Origin: an uncultured Alphaproteobacteria bacterium
GTDB lineage: Bacteria > Pseudomonadota > Alphaproteobacteria > Acetobacterales > Acetobacteraceae
Assembly: GCA_963733925.1 (NCBI GenBank)
Contig: CAVTFL010000035.1
Span: 142,684-206,683, forward strand
Length of the DNA: 64,000 bases
Direction of reading: 5' to 3'
This document shows positions 31,274 through 43,603 of the stretch, in pieces. Below the pieces are notes generated by a model that saw nothing but the letters and a program-made list of their open reading frames with translations, was not told the origin of the DNA and searched no databases. Within the stretch, counting starts at the first letter, position 1, and every line of letters begins with the position of its first letter. Both the position numbers and the translations under genes were made by a program.

Positions 31274-32385
31274 TACCGGTCGACGCCGGGGTTGAGCGGT
31301 ATCAGCGCCGGGTTGACCAGGCGGCCTCGCGCGAGGTCCACGCACCGGCCTGGGCGAACCCGACCGCGATGGGGAAGACGCGCCTGATCGCTGGGGCCCC
31401 CGCTGCGCCGAAAGGGTGCTACGACGCGGACATCATCATTCTCGCACTCGAACGAGTCGAGGAAACTCTGGCCGCCATTGCCTCGGCAAGCAGACAGACG
31501 GGCGTTTCGGCGCATATCTTCGTGCTTGACCAGGGATCGTGCGCCAAGGCGGTGGAGCGTCTTGCGCGGACGGTGCAGGTTCGCAGCGATGTCACTCTGC
31601 TGGCAACGGAACGAAATCTTGGTGTCGCTGGCGGCCGCAATCTGATCTCCGGCCTCGGACACGGCCGGGTCATCGTTGCGTTGGACAACGATGCCGAATT
31701 TGACAGCCCCGATACCGTGGCGCGCATGGTCGCCGCGCTGGACGCTGAACCACGCCTTGCGGCAATCGGTTGCCGGATCGTCACTTACGCCAGCGGCGAG
31801 GACGATCTGTCGTCCTGGGGCTATCCCGTGGGCCTGCTGTCCCGTGCGGGCGAAAGTTTCGACGCCGTGACCTATGTCGGTGCCGGCCACGCGATCCTAC
31901 GCGAGGCGTGGCAACAGGCTGGAGGATACGATTCCAAGCTGTTCTTCTGCTGGGAGGAATTCGACTTCTGCCTGCGCGCCATCGCCCTCGGCTGGTCCAT
32001 TCGTTACCGCGGCGACATCGTCATTCGCCACAAGGTGTGCGCCGAGCAGCGAGTCGGCTGGACCGCCGCCCGATGGTTCTATTTCGTACGAAACCGACTC
32101 TACATCGAGCGGAAGCTCGATCACGGCTGGATCGCTCTGCTGCCACGAATTGCCGGATATATGCTGAAAGGCATACGCAACGGATTGCCGGTTCAAACCC
32201 TGTGCGCGATCCGCGCCGCTGCCAGGATGGCTCCCCGCGCGACGCGCCCAATGCCGCTCCAGGGGCTGTGTTACCTTGCTCGCAACGACCTCGCGCACCG
32301 GGGATCGATATGGCGTCGTCTCGTGCGCGAGGTCCTCTGTCGGATCAGCACCCCGAGAGACGTTGCTTCACCAGTAAAGCGATGA
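31270..32385 (+). CDS. Glycosyltransferase family 2
   Basis: VLDQGS, NLGVAGGRN, LDNDA, GGYD...FFCWEEFDFCLR. Confidence 0.88.
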   Translation: MIPVDAGVERYQRRVDQAASREVHAPAWANPTAMGKTRLIAGAPAAPKGCYDADIIILALERVEETLAAIASASRQTGVSAHIFVLDQGSCAKAVERLARTVQVRSDVTLLATERNLGVAGGRNLISGLGHGRVIVALDNDAEFDSPDTVARMVAALDAEPRLAAIGCRIVTYASGEDDLSSWGYPVGLLSRAGESFDAVTYVGAGHAILREAWQQAGGYDSKLFFCWEEFDFCLRAIALGWSIRYRGDIVIRHKVCAEQRVGWTAARWFYFVRNRLYIERKLDHGWIALLPRIAGYMLKGIRNGLPVQTLCAIRAAARMAPRATRPMPLQGLCYLARNDLAHRGSIWRRLVREVLCRISTPRDVASPVKR

Positions 32386-33085
32386 CTACCGGGCTATCGA
32401 CCACGTAGCGTCTGAAAAGCTTTCGCGGATTGCTGGCAAAGCGGAACAACCATTCCAGACCCGAGCGGCGTAATATCCGCGGTGCACGCCGACGGGCGCC
32501 GGCGAGGAACTCCAGGCTTGCGCCAATACAAAGCCCTATGCCGGTTATGTCGCCAGAGGCGGCAAGAGCGGCGGCAAGATACTCCTGCCGCGGCGAGCCG
32601 ACCGCCAGGAACACGAACCGTGCCGGGTTTGCTCTGACGAACGCGATGGTGTTCGCGAAGGCGATCGGATCACGGTCGAACCCCATCGGCGGATCGTAGT
32701 GCGCCGGAGGCGCCAAACCGCAACGGGTGATCAGCGCCGGGAGCCAGACCGGCGACAACCCCACGATCGTAATCCGCTCTCCCGGTGCGAGATGGTGTGC
32801 CAGCAGGTGCGCCGTTAGGTCGCTTCCCGGCACGATTGTCGGCACGGGCAACCGCAGCAACCGGGCCAATCCGGCGACGACCCGGGAATCGAGCAGGCAC
32901 AACGCCGCGCCACGATAAATCGCCTGCAACGCCCGGTCGCGGCTGAGGCGCACCAGATGGTCGGCATTCGGCGTCACCACGTAGCCGAACGGCGCCTCCG
33001 CGGGGCGCGCCGCGATCCAGGCGGCCGCCTGCGCTAGATCCAGGTCGTCGAACCCGAGACCAAGAAGGGTAACAAGGGGCTTCAC
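32345..33085 (-). CDS. WecB/TagA/CpsF glycosyltransferase
   Basis: VVTPNADH, VPGSDL, PPMGF, VGSPRQE, GASLEF, RAP...GLEWLFR. Confidence 0.9.
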   Translation of the reverse strand: MKPLVTLLGLGFDDLDLAQAAAWIAARPAEAPFGYVVTPNADHLVRLSRDRALQAIYRGAALCLLDSRVVAGLARLLRLPVPTIVPGSDLTAHLLAHHLAPGERITIVGLSPVWLPALITRCGLAPPAHYDPPMGFDRDPIAFANTIAFVRANPARFVFLAVGSPRQEYLAAALAASGDITGIGLCIGASLEFLAGARRRAPRILRRSGLEWLFRFASNPRKLFRRYVVDSPVVIALLVKQRLSGC

Positions 33086-33098
33086 GTCCAATCGCCCC

Positions 33099-34394
33099 TC
33101 AAAGCCCCAGTCGCATCGTGACCAGACCCAGGCTGCGGCTGTAACCCGTCGCCAGCGCGTCCGTCGGAATGCTGGAACCATGCAGGTCAGTCTGATCGTA
33201 CGTGAAAGACAACCGCGCCGACCGGTTCATCACCCAGGTCACGCCCAGCCCGGCTGTCGTGCCGACTTGATAGCCGCCTTGAAAAAAGTCGGCCCTCTGC
33301 AGCCCCAAGGAGGCTCGAAACAAGAGGTCCCGCAAATACTCATGGTCGATCGTCAGGCGTGCAGTCGTATAAACCAGTCCCGAGACGCCCTCCTGCTCCG
33401 CGTCCCCGGTCTCGCGGCTGACCGTTGCGTTGACCGTCGTCATACCGGAGGGTGACCACCCGACCCCAGCCTCGGCGATGAGCGTGTTCTGCGACCGATA
33501 TCGCTTGCTGGCGAATTCCCGCGCCTCGCCGCCAACCAGCAGACGCCACCGCCAGACCGGATCGTCGCCGTAATCGAAGCCAATCAGCATCTGATAGCTG
33601 GTGGAATTCGGACTAACCTGCCCGGTCGGGGTCTGCGTGTAATCCTGCCCGATGGCACGGGCAACCAATACGACGGTGCGCAGTGGCGCCAGTTCGTAGC
33701 TGCACTGTCACACCACCCTGCACCACCACCCGGTCCCGGTAGGCTTGGCTGGCCGGAGCCCCCAGGATGGTCGTTCCATCATACGTCCAGTTCGATAGCC
33801 TGAGCGCTTGGCTCGATACTCCACTGGCCGCGGGTCATCGCATAGGACGCCCGTAGATCATCGATCTGGAACGCGATCGGCCGGTCGCTGGCGATCGTAT
33901 CGAGCTCGCTCCGGTCCTCATGCTCTATCAGGTGCGCCGTCGGCGAGGGTCAGCTTGTCGTCGCCGACATCTAGCCGCCCCGCCAAGGCCGCGGTCGCGT
34001 CCGTACGGTCCTGGCTTGGCAGCGACAGGTAGCGTGTGTCGTGCACTGAGAACAGCGCACCGAAACTGTCGCGCGACCAGCCGGACGCCAGGGCCAATGC
34101 CGGCGCCGTGCCAACTTCCCAGCTTCCCCGCCGATACGGTCCGGGCAGCGCGTTGCTGGTATAGCCGACGCTCTCATCGAGTTGGGGCAGGAATTCGAAC
34201 GCGCCTTCCCGCACGCCAAGCGGCATCTGCTCGGGATGCAGCCGCGTCTCCACAGTCACCCCTTCGTCAGTGTCGTATCCGGGGACACCATCGGGGAATA
34301 CCGCCGTTAGTAGCTCCGCCACCGCTCCGCCTGCGAGGCAGACCCCCGTGGTGAGGGCCAGGAAAAGCCAGAGCAGGGTTGTTCGCGCCCACAT
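33099..34394 (-). CDS. Outer-membrane beta-barrel, polysaccharide-export associated, frameshifted
   Basis: Signal peptide, PLGVR.GAF..LP...GYTSN, DHEYLRDL, alternating strands ending MRLGL. Confidence 0.75.
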
Positions 34395-34420
34395 GCAGCG
34401 CGAACTATGGTATGAAGAGA

Positions 34421-34436
34421 CTAATTTTTAGTTAAC
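34421..34436. promoter_or_regulatory. CtrA-like box CTAA-N7-TTAAC
   Basis: CTAATTTTTAGTTAAC, about 27 nt upstream of the beta-barrel gene. Confidence 0.4.
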
Positions 34437-34528
34437 GGTCGATTTCAACTCGGATCGACCAAGATTTTTCCCGAAGCCCGACGCGGTAGACCCTCCGGAA
34501 GTCAGCAGCGGTGGTCTGATACCATATC

Positions 34529-36068
34529 TCAGTTCGACGCCGTAATGTGCTCTTCCGGCATATCCGTCTCCCAGCCGCCGCCCAGCGCCTTGTAAAGTGC
34601 GACAAGGTTGGAGGACACTGTCGTCGTGCTGCTCGGCAAGCTGTAGCTGAGCCGTCAGCAGGTTGCGTTTGCGGCACCAGCACTGTCAGGAAGTCCGCAA
34701 CACCCTGTTGGTATCGGCTCTGCGCAAGATCCAGCGCCCGTTGATTCTCCGCCACCGCCCGAACCAGTTCATCTCGCCGCGTCTGTTCCGCCTCATAGGC
34801 CGTCAGCGCGTTGTCCACGTCGTGCCAGGCCTGCAGGACAGTCTTCTGGAAGTTGACCGCCGCCTCCTGCTGCTGCGCCTCGCGCAACTGCAGAGTCGAT
34901 CGCAATTGGCCGCCCTCGAAGATCGGGATGGTCAGGCCGGGACCGAGGGCATACTGCTTCGAATTGAAGTTGAAGAGATTCTTGAACTGCAGCGACTGCA
35001 GCCCGACGCTGCCGGTCAGATTGAGCGACGGATAGAAATTCGCCTCCGCCACGCCGATATCGGCCGTCGCGGCATGAAGTTGCGCCTCCGCCTGACGGAT
35101 GTCGGGCCGTCGCCGTGCCAGTTCGGACGGCAACCCGACCGGAACACGCGGTGGCACTGGCGGCACCGGCTTCGCGGTCGCAAGCTCGGCTCGCAACGCG
35201 TTAGGCGGTTGGCCCAGCAGCAGACTCAGCGCGTTGATTGTCTGTGCTTCCTGCTGCTCCAGGCTCGGGATCTGCGCCAGCGTCGTGCGCAACTGGGCGG
35301 ATGCGTTCGCTACGTCGAGATCTGTGGTCACTCCGCCGGCGGCACGCTGCTGCGTCAGGCCAAGGCTTTGCCTGCGCGGTGCGAACGTTCTCGCGGGCAA
35401 TGCCGAGCTGAGCCTGCGTGCCGCGAAGCTGGATGTAGTCGCGCGCGACCTCGGCCAGGCTGGACAGCAGCACAGCGCGCTCTGCTTCCTTGGCGGCCTG
35501 GGACGTCGCGGTGGCCGATTCGACCGACCGCCGGACACCGCCCCACAGATCGATCTCATAAGACGCATCGAAACCGCCCTGGTAGAGATCGAACGGCTGC
35601 AGGCCGCTGCCTGATATCCCACCCGTCGAGTTGCCCTGGCGCGCCGTTCGCACCCGTCCCGCCCGGCCGCGCTGGGAATGAGTGCGAACAGGCCGTTGTT
35701 GCTGGCCTGTTCGCGCACGTAGGATGCGTTTCCGTTCAACGTCGGGAACAGCGACGCCCGAGCAACGCCGAGTTGCGCGCGCGACTCGGTCAGTCGGATG
35801 CCGGCCGTCTTGACGTCCAGGTTTTCCGCCGCCACGCGCTTTTCCAGCCCGGTCAGTTCCGGATCGTGGAACAGTCGCCACCAATCCACATCGATCGGTT
35901 CAGCCACCGGCAGCTGGGCGGCCGCTTCACCGCTTCCTTCGGTCCGCCAGAACCAGGATGCGGGCGTCGCCCAGTCCGGCCGCTTGAAGTCCGGTCCCAA
36001 CGTGCAGCCGGCAGAGCGTCGCCGGCAGCCGCCAGAAGCGCCAGTCTTCGTTTTGCTTTCTCGATCAT
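34529..36068 (-). CDS. Efflux outer-membrane lipoprotein (NodT/OprM), frameshifted
   Basis: AGCTLGPDF lipobox, WWRLFHDPEL, GLPSELARRRPDIRQAE, LYKALGGGW. Confidence 0.88.
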
Positions 36069-36141
36069 AGAACAATCCAGCAGTCAGGCGGGGGTAGGCA
36101 ACCTCGAACGCACTCACAAGGCCGGGCGAATTCGTCGGTCG

Positions 36142-37669
36142 CTAGTGCGCCATGGCGGCGCCCTTCGACACCCGCGGCAGGAACAGGACGACGGGGGCGA
36201 CAACAAGCGCCAACAGCCCAAGCACCCAGAAGATGTCGAGGTAGCTCATGATGGCCGCCTGTGCTTGCACCATCGCATCGACCGGCGCAAGCGGCGTGGG
36301 CCAGCCAAAGCCATTATAGGCCGTGATATGTTCCGCCAGACGCGCGTGGTGGAACTGCGTGCGCTCCTCCAGCATCGTCGTGACGAAGGACACTCCGACG
36401 CTGCCACCCAGGTTGCGCATCAGGTTGATCAGGGCAGACCCCTCGTTGCTGCGCGCAGGCGGCAAGCCGACATACGATACGGCGCTGATGGGAATGAAGA
36501 GGAACGGCAGCCAGACCACCTGCGAGATGCGCGCGGTGGAGATGTTCCAGAAGCCGATACTGACGTCGAGCCGTGACGCGGCAAGCATCGACAGGCCCAT
36601 GCCCACGATCGCCATCAGCACCAGCCATTTCGGTTGGACCAGACGTCCCGTCACCACTCCGGAGACCGGCATCAGCAACAGACTGGCGATTCCGCCGGCC
36701 CCCAGGGTCAGCCCCGAGGTGGTCGCGTCGTAGCCCAGCAGCGATTGGGCAAGCTGCGGCAGTAGCTGCGTGCTGCTGATCAGCAGAAACCCCACCAGGA
36801 ACATCAGACCGCAGCAGATACCGAAGCTGCGATAGCCCAACAGGCGGACATTCATCACCGGCTGCGGATGGATCAGCTCCCAAACGACCAGTGTGATCAG
36901 ACTGACGCCACTGATCACACCGAGGCTCAGGATGAACCCGGAGGAGAAGCCGTCATCGATCTCGTACCGATCCAGCAGAACCTGTAAGGTGCCAAATCCG
37001 AGGAAGACCAGGATCAGACCCAGCACATCAATATTCAGCCCCTTGGCCAGCAGCGCCCGCCGGTCCTGCTGCAACGCTTCCGGCTCGACCACCAGGCAGC
37101 CCGACCAAGGTCAGCGACAGCAGTCCGACCGGGAGGTTGATCAGGAACACCCAGTGCCAGGACAGATTGTCGGTCAGCCAGCCGCCCAGGACCGGGCCAA
37201 TCGCGGGGGCGCTGACAACCGTGAGACCATAGAGCGCGAACGCCTGCGCCCGCTTTTCCGGTGGAAACGTATCGGCGAACATCGACTGCTCGGTGGGTGC
37301 CATCCCGCCGCCGCCGATGCCTTGCAGCACCCGGGCGATCAGCATCATTTGGAGCGATGTCGACATCGCGCAGAGCAGCGAACTGGCGGTGAACAGTCCA
37401 ACGCAGATCATATAGAAGCGCTTGCGGCCGATGACGTTGGCCAGCCAGCCGCTGACCGGCAGGACGACGGCGTTGGACACCAGGTAGCTGGTGAGGATCC
37501 AGGTGGATTCGTCCTGGTCCGCCGCCAGGCTGCCGCCGATATGGCGGAGCGCGACGTTGGCGATTGTGGTGTCCAGCACCTCCATGAAGGTCGCGATCGA
37601 CACCACCACCGCGATCATCCACGGATTGCGGTCACCCGCGGCGGAGCGTGGCAGAGCCGGGTTGGCCAC
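36142..37669 (-). CDS. DHA2 MFS efflux permease (EmrB-like), frameshift near 37095
   Basis: ATFMEVLDTTIANVAL, WHWVFLINLPVG, NLMRNLGGSVG. Confidence 0.9.
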
Positions 37670-37672
37670 CGC

Positions 37673-38765
37673 TCACCGCACCCGCACGGAGGGCGTGACC
37701 GACATACCCGGCGCGAGTTTGTAGTCCTTCAACCGCTGGTCGTCGAAGATGATCTTCACCGGCAGGCGCTGCACGATCTTGACGTAGTTGCCGGTGGCGT
37801 TCTCGGCCGGCAGCACGCTGAACGCGGTGCCGGTGCCGGCCTGGAAACTGTCCACCTTGCCATGGAACTTGATCGACGGGTACCGCATCGATAACGAGGT
37901 CAACGTCTTGCCCGGGGCGAACGTCGGCCAGTTGGGTTTCCTTGAAATTGGCGGTCACCCAGCGATCGTCCTGCACAAGGGCGAACAGCGCCTGGCCCGC
38001 GTTGACGTAATTGCCGGCGCTGACCGTGCGATGGGTGACGATACCGGCCACCGGCGCCACGATCGTGCAATAGGACAGTTGCAGTTCCGCCGTCTGGGTG
38101 TTCGCCGCGGCCTGTTGCAACGAGGCCTGCGCCGCGAGCACCTGCGCCTGCGCGGCTCGCACCTGCGCCTGCGCGCCGCCAACCATCTGCCGGCTGGCGT
38201 CAAGCTTGGCCTGAGCCGAATGGAAAGTTGCCGTCGCAGCCTCGATCTGCTGCCGGCTGACGGCACCGGCGGCAATGGTCTGGTAACGGTCGTAGTCCTG
38301 CCGGGCTTGAAGCAGGTCGGCGTCGGCTACACGCACATTCGCCGTAACCTGGTCGACGTTGGCCTGCTGAACAGCGACCTGCGCCCGGGCTTGCGTAAGC
38401 GTCGCCTCGGCACTCGCCTGCTGCGCCTTTGCCTGGTCCAGCTTTGCCTGATAGTCGCTCGGATCGATAAGCAGCAGCGTCTGGCCGGCCGAAACATGGT
38501 CGTTGTCAGCGAACAGCAACTTCGTTACCTGCCCGGCCACGCGCGGCGCCATCTGTGTGGTGTAGGAGTCGACGAACGCGTCGTCAGTGGTCTCGAAGTG
38601 CCTCGCATCGAGCCAATACACGAATCCGCAAACGATCATGGCCAGGATCAGAAGCGCGCCGATGCCCAGACCCAGGGTTCGCTTGAGGCCACCACGCTTT
38701 GCCGTTGAACGGACGTCATCGGATGCGGCTTCTCGGGGCATCCGTTCGCGGGTCAGCTCGTCCAT
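37673..38765 (-). CDS. HlyD/EmrA membrane-fusion protein, frameshift near 37885
   Basis: ETTDDAFV, ANFKETQL, LPAENATGNYVKIVQRLPVKI. Confidence 0.9.
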
Positions 38766-38810
38766 GACTTCGCTCCCTTATCGGATACCGGGGTGGTTGC
38801 ACCGCCCTAT

Positions 38811-38829
38811 TGACCGAACCGTTCAGTCA
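38811..38829. promoter_or_regulatory. Probable TetR operator TGACCGAACCGTTCAGTCA
   Basis: Near-perfect palindrome between divergent emrA-like and tetR genes. Confidence 0.65.
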
Positions 38830-38898
38830 CCCACATCCCCAGAGGTAGGCCAGTTACGCAGGTTGTCAATACGACTCTGGCGGGGGATGGTGAGGCCG

Positions 38899-39576
38899 AT
38901 GGATACCGACGTTGCGCTAAGTCCGGAAAAGCGGACCCAGATCCTCGCGGGCGCCGCTTCGGTGTTTGCAGCCGACGGGTACGAAGGCGCGAGTATGGCC
39001 CGAATCGCCGCCGTTGCCGGGGTTTCTAAGGGCACGCTGTACAATCACTTCGACAGCAAGGCCGCGTTGTTTACGGCCTATGTCGGGGAAAAATGCGACC
39101 AGCATCTGGCGCGTGTGTTCGACGGCGCCGACAACGATGGCGACCCGGCGGAGGTGTTGCGCGGCATCGGAAAGCGGATGGTGCAGATGATGCTGTCCGA
39201 CGTCGGGCTGGCGATCTATCGCGGTGTCATCGCCGAGGCGGCGAAATTTCCTGATCTCGCCCGTGGCTTCTTCGAAGCCGGCCCGGCCCGTGCGGTCGGG
39301 TTCATGGCAGGGTGGCTTGCCGAGCAAACGCGGCGCGGCCGGCTATATGTGCCGGACCCGGCCTTTGCGGCCGAACAGTTTTTCAATCTGTGCCAAACGC
39401 GACTGGTACTTCGCCGCAGGCTGGAGATGCTGCCTAATCCGCCGGACAGAGATATCGACGAGGTAATCGAGGCCTCGATTGCGATGTTCCTGTTGATGTA
39501 TCGCAGCGGTGACAGAGCCGGAGCGACGATCAGTGAAACGTCCGGCCGCCATCGACCGGAAGCGTCATCCCCGTGA
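38899..39576 (+). CDS. TetR/AcrR regulator
   Basis: [37 protein letters not shown]. Confidence 0.92.
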   Translation: MDTDVALSPEKRTQILAGAASVFAADGYEGASMARIAAVAGVSKGTLYNHFDSKAALFTAYVGEKCDQHLARVFDGADNDGDPAEVLRGIGKRMVQMMLSDVGLAIYRGVIAEAAKFPDLARGFFEAGPARAVGFMAGWLAEQTRRGRLYVPDPAFAAEQFFNLCQTRLVLRRRLEMLPNPPDRDIDEVIEASIAMFLLMYRSGDRAGATISETSGRHRPEASSP

Positions 39577-40254
39577 CGAACGAGGACTCGGTCGAAGTCA
39601 GAAACAGAATGGCCGCTGCGATCTCCTCGGGCGCTGCCGGCCGGCGCAGCAGATAGCGATTGGCCAACGTCGGGATCGACCTCACCGGCCGCATTGCGCA
39701 GGAACCCTTGTGTCATCGGTGTTTCCACCATGCCCGGGCAGACGACATTCACCCGCACGGAGGGCGCGAGTTCCATCGCCAGCGCCTTGGACATCGCGAT
39801 GACGCCACCCTTTGACGCGACATAGGCGGTACTGCCTGGACCCGTCGGCGTGATGCCGACACCAGAGCCGATGTTGACGATGGTCGCCGCGCCAGACGCC
39901 AACAATATCGGTGCCGCGGCCTGCATCACCAAAAACGTCCCCAGTCAAGTTGACCGCCAGGGTCTGGCTGAACAGCTCCGCGCTGGTGTCCGCAAGGCCA
40001 GCGGGGGAAAAGATGCCAGCCGCGTTGATCACCCCGTCGAGACCGCCGAGCGCGGCTTCCGCCGCCCGCACGGCCTGCCGGACGGAGGCCGGGTCAGCGA
40101 CATCCACCGGCACAAAGGTTCCGTCCTGCGCACTGCCAGGTCGATCCAAGATCGCAACCTTCGCACCTTCTCCGCGGAAGAGCACCGCCGTGGCTCGACC
40201 GATACCGGACGCGCCGCCGGTGATCAGGATCTTGCGCTCTGCCAAACGGGCCAT
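39530..40254 (-). CDS. SDR oxidoreductase, frameshifted
   Basis: [28 protein letters not shown]. Confidence 0.87.
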
Positions 40255-40382
40255 GATTCTCCTCCCTTTTTGTCACGGCCGGCATGAGTTAGCCGACACA
40301 GCATCGTTGCGGCGCGAAACGGCCCAAATCGGGCCGCATCTATCGCGCACCGCCGCCTGGAGCCCACACCGCGAAACCGGTA

Positions 40383-42066
40383 TTAGACCGGCTTCCAGGA
40401 CCGATCCACCTCCACATCGATCAAGGTCGGCCCATCGGCCGCCAGCGCCGTCTCCAGCAGATCGCCGAGATCGGACAACCGTCGTGGCCTTGTGCGCGGT
40501 TAGCCCCAGCCCCCGCGCCACCGAGACGAAATCGACGCGCGGCTTGTCCAGGTCCATCGCGACGTAATTGTCGGCCTGCGCCGCCAACCCCTTCATCGCA
40601 TTGGTCCGCTGCTTGAGGATCCGATACGAGTAGTTGTTGATGATGACGAAGACCATGTTCAGGTTCTCGTGCGCCGCGGTCCACAGGCCCTGGATGGTGT
40701 ACATCGCCGATCCGTCGCCGATCAGCGCCACCACCGGGCGGTCCGGCAGCGCCAGCTTTACCCCGATCGCCGCCGGCAGTCCCCAGCCGATGCCGCCGCC
40801 GCGCAGCCCGAAGAAGCTTTGCGCGTCATCACTCTTCAGGAACCGGCGCAGACCCATGCCGGAGGAAACGGTTTCATCGATCACCACCGCGTCGTCCGGC
40901 AGCAAACGGCCGATCGTCTGCATCAGCGCCAACGGATGGATCGGATGCCGTTCCGCCAGTGCGTCGGCCATCGCGTTCAGCTTGTGCAGGCTGGCGATGC
41001 CCTCCGCCTTCACATGCTCCAGCCGCTTCACCGCGCTTTCCGCCTCAGCCGCCGGAGCGAGCCTTCAGCACCGCTTCGGTCAGTTCCGGCAAGCGTGACC
41101 TTGGGTTCGCCCAGGATCGAGACCTTCTCCGGATAGTTCTTGGCAAGTTCCCACGGGTCGGTGTCGAGATGAACGACCGGGTAGTCTTCCGGCATCGACT
41201 CGATTTCGCCCGGCAGCGACAGAGTGAACAGGTCCGCGCCAATGGAAACCAGCAGATCGTGCTGCGTCAGCATGCCGCGGATCGCAGCCGGCAGCCGCAC
41301 CAGCGGCGCCTCGATACAGCGGGTGCGACGACGGAAACATCGCTCGGCTCGCCATGCCCTCGTCATACACCGGCGCGCCTAGCGCCTCGGCGAACGCGAC
41401 CAGTTCCTGCAAGCGCGTTCCCTTGCGGCACGGCATCGCCGGCGATGATCACCGGGCTGCTCGCCTTGGCGATGATCTGCCGCCGCCTGCCCGATCGCGC
41501 TGGCATCGCCCCGCATCCCGCTCGCCACCCGGCTCGGCGCGCCCAGGTCCAGGTCGGCGCTATCGAGTCAGAATATCGCCTGGCAGCGACAGGAACACCG
41601 GGCCCGTCGGCGGTGCCAGCGCGGTCTTGACTGCGCGATGGATCGCGCGCGGCAAGTCCTCCAGCCGCCGCACTTCCTCCGACCATTTGACGAACGGCCG
41701 AGCGATGGTGGGCAGATCGGCCCAAAGCAGCGGTTCGGTGAAGTTGAAGCGCTGCTCGTGCTGGCCGGCGGTCACCAGGATCGGCGACCCGGCCTTCTGC
41801 GCGTCATACAGCATGCCCATGGCATTCCCGAGGCCCGGCGCCGCGTGCAGATTGACCACCGCACATTGCCCGGATGCCTGCGCATAGCCGTCCGCCATGC
41901 CCATCGCCGGGGCTTCCTGCAACGCCAGGATGTAGCGCAGCTCCCGCTCCGCCGCCAAAGCGTCCATCAGTGGCAATTCCGTCGTCCCGGGATTGCCGAA
42001 CATCATCCGCACACCCTCCTGCTTCAACAATTCGAGCAGTGCGGTCTTTCCTGGCATCATCGGCAT
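40383..42066 (-). CDS. TPP-dependent enzyme (benzoylformate decarboxylase-like), several frameshifts
   Basis: FGNPGTTELP, LQEA, GIGWGLPAAIG, GDGSAMY...NN. Confidence 0.87.
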
Positions 42067-42172
42067 GGATAGTTTCCCCACGGCAGCGGCGAACAGCTGC
42101 TGTTCCGCTACAAGGCGCGGCGCCGCGAATCAAGCGGCGTGCGCAACTTGGTTGGGGTAGGAGACCGAATTC

Positions 42173-43403
42173 ATGTCGAGACTATCGCGCCGTGTTGTCA
42201 TGGGCGGCCTGGCCGCCGCACCGCTGGCCATGCCCGGGATCATCCGGGCACAAAGCAGTTCCAAGCCGGTGAAGATCGGGCTGCTGTCCGACATGAGCGG
42301 CCCGTATCGCGATGTCGGCGGCACCGGCAACAAGGTGGCGACCGAACTGGCGATCGCAGGATTTCGGCGGGTCGGTGCTGGGCCGGCCGATCGAGGTCAT
42401 GCAGGCCGACGACCAGGACAAGCCGGACGTCTCCACGTCGCTCGCCCGACAATGGATCGACGACGAGGGTGTCGATGTGCTGGCCGACGGCGCCGCCAGT
42501 TCCTCGGGCCTGGCGGTCCAGCAGGTGTGCCGGGAGAAGAAGAAGATCTATCTCATTACCGGCCCGGCGACCTCCGACATGACCGGCAAGCAGTGCTCGC
42601 CCGTACGGCATCCACTTCTCCTACGATACCTACGCCCTGGCGCATGGCACCGGCAACGCGCTGACCAAGTCCGGCGGCGACAGTTGGTTCTTCATCACCG
42701 CCGACTACGCGTTCGGCTACGCGCTGGAGCGGGACACGATGGACGCCGTCAAGGCCGCCGGCGGCAAGGTGCTGGGTAGCAGTCCGCGCGCCGCTGGCGA
42801 CCGCGGATTTCTCGTCCTACCTCGTCCAGGCGCAGGCATCCGGCGCCAAGGTTATTGGCTTCGCCAACGCCGGCACCGACACGCAAAACTGCGTCAAGCA
42901 GGCGGCCGAGTTCGGTCTGACCAAGAGCGGCAGTCAAAATGGCGACGTTGCTGATGCAGATCAGCGACGTGAACGCGCTGGGGCAGAAGGTCTGCGAGGG
43001 GCTCGCCTATACTGACAGCTTCTATTGGGACATGACCGACAAGACGCGCGCCTGGTCGAAGCGCTGGAGCGACAAGATGGGCGGCATGGTGCCTGGGGTG
43101 CTGCATGCCGGCAGCTATTGCGCGGCCAATCACTGGCTGAAGGCGGTCAAGGCGGCTGGCACGACCGATGCCGACGCGGTGGTGGCAAAAATGAAGGAAC
43201 TGCCGGTGAACGATTTCTACAACGACAACGTGAAGATCCGCGAGAGATGGCCGGGTGATGCACGTGATGTATCTGTGGCAGGTGAAGCCAGTCGCCGAGG
43301 CGACGGTCCAAGTACGATTTCTGCAACAAGCTGGCGACGATCGCGCCGGAGGATGCCTGGCGTCCGACTGGCTGAGGGCGGCTGCCCGCTGATCAAGGCG
43401 TAA
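42173..43403 (+). CDS. Branched-chain-type ABC substrate-binding protein (Tat signal), frameshifted
   Basis: SRLSRR, VKIGLLSDMSGPY, WFFITADYAFG, FYWDM, CPL. Confidence 0.85.
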
Positions 43404-43603
43404 CCTCCACAGCGATTTCTCCATAAACCATGAACCTTCCAAGTCCGCATTCGTCATCAGGGCGGCGCGCTGCCACAGCACATTTTTCAGATCAATTGGC
43501 GTAACGAACGACTAGCCGCCCATATTTGCCCGCTGGCCATGGCGTGGAACTGACCGTTGACCTAGAGTGGAGTCCAGGTCAGGCGGTGACAAAAGTTGGC
43601 GCA

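Noticed and set aside
33000-43403. Dense frameshifts read as mass pseudogenisation or programmed frameshifting
   Set aside because: Single-base indels also hit core genes (coxA, dacA, mltB), often at short runs; sequencing or assembly error is more likely
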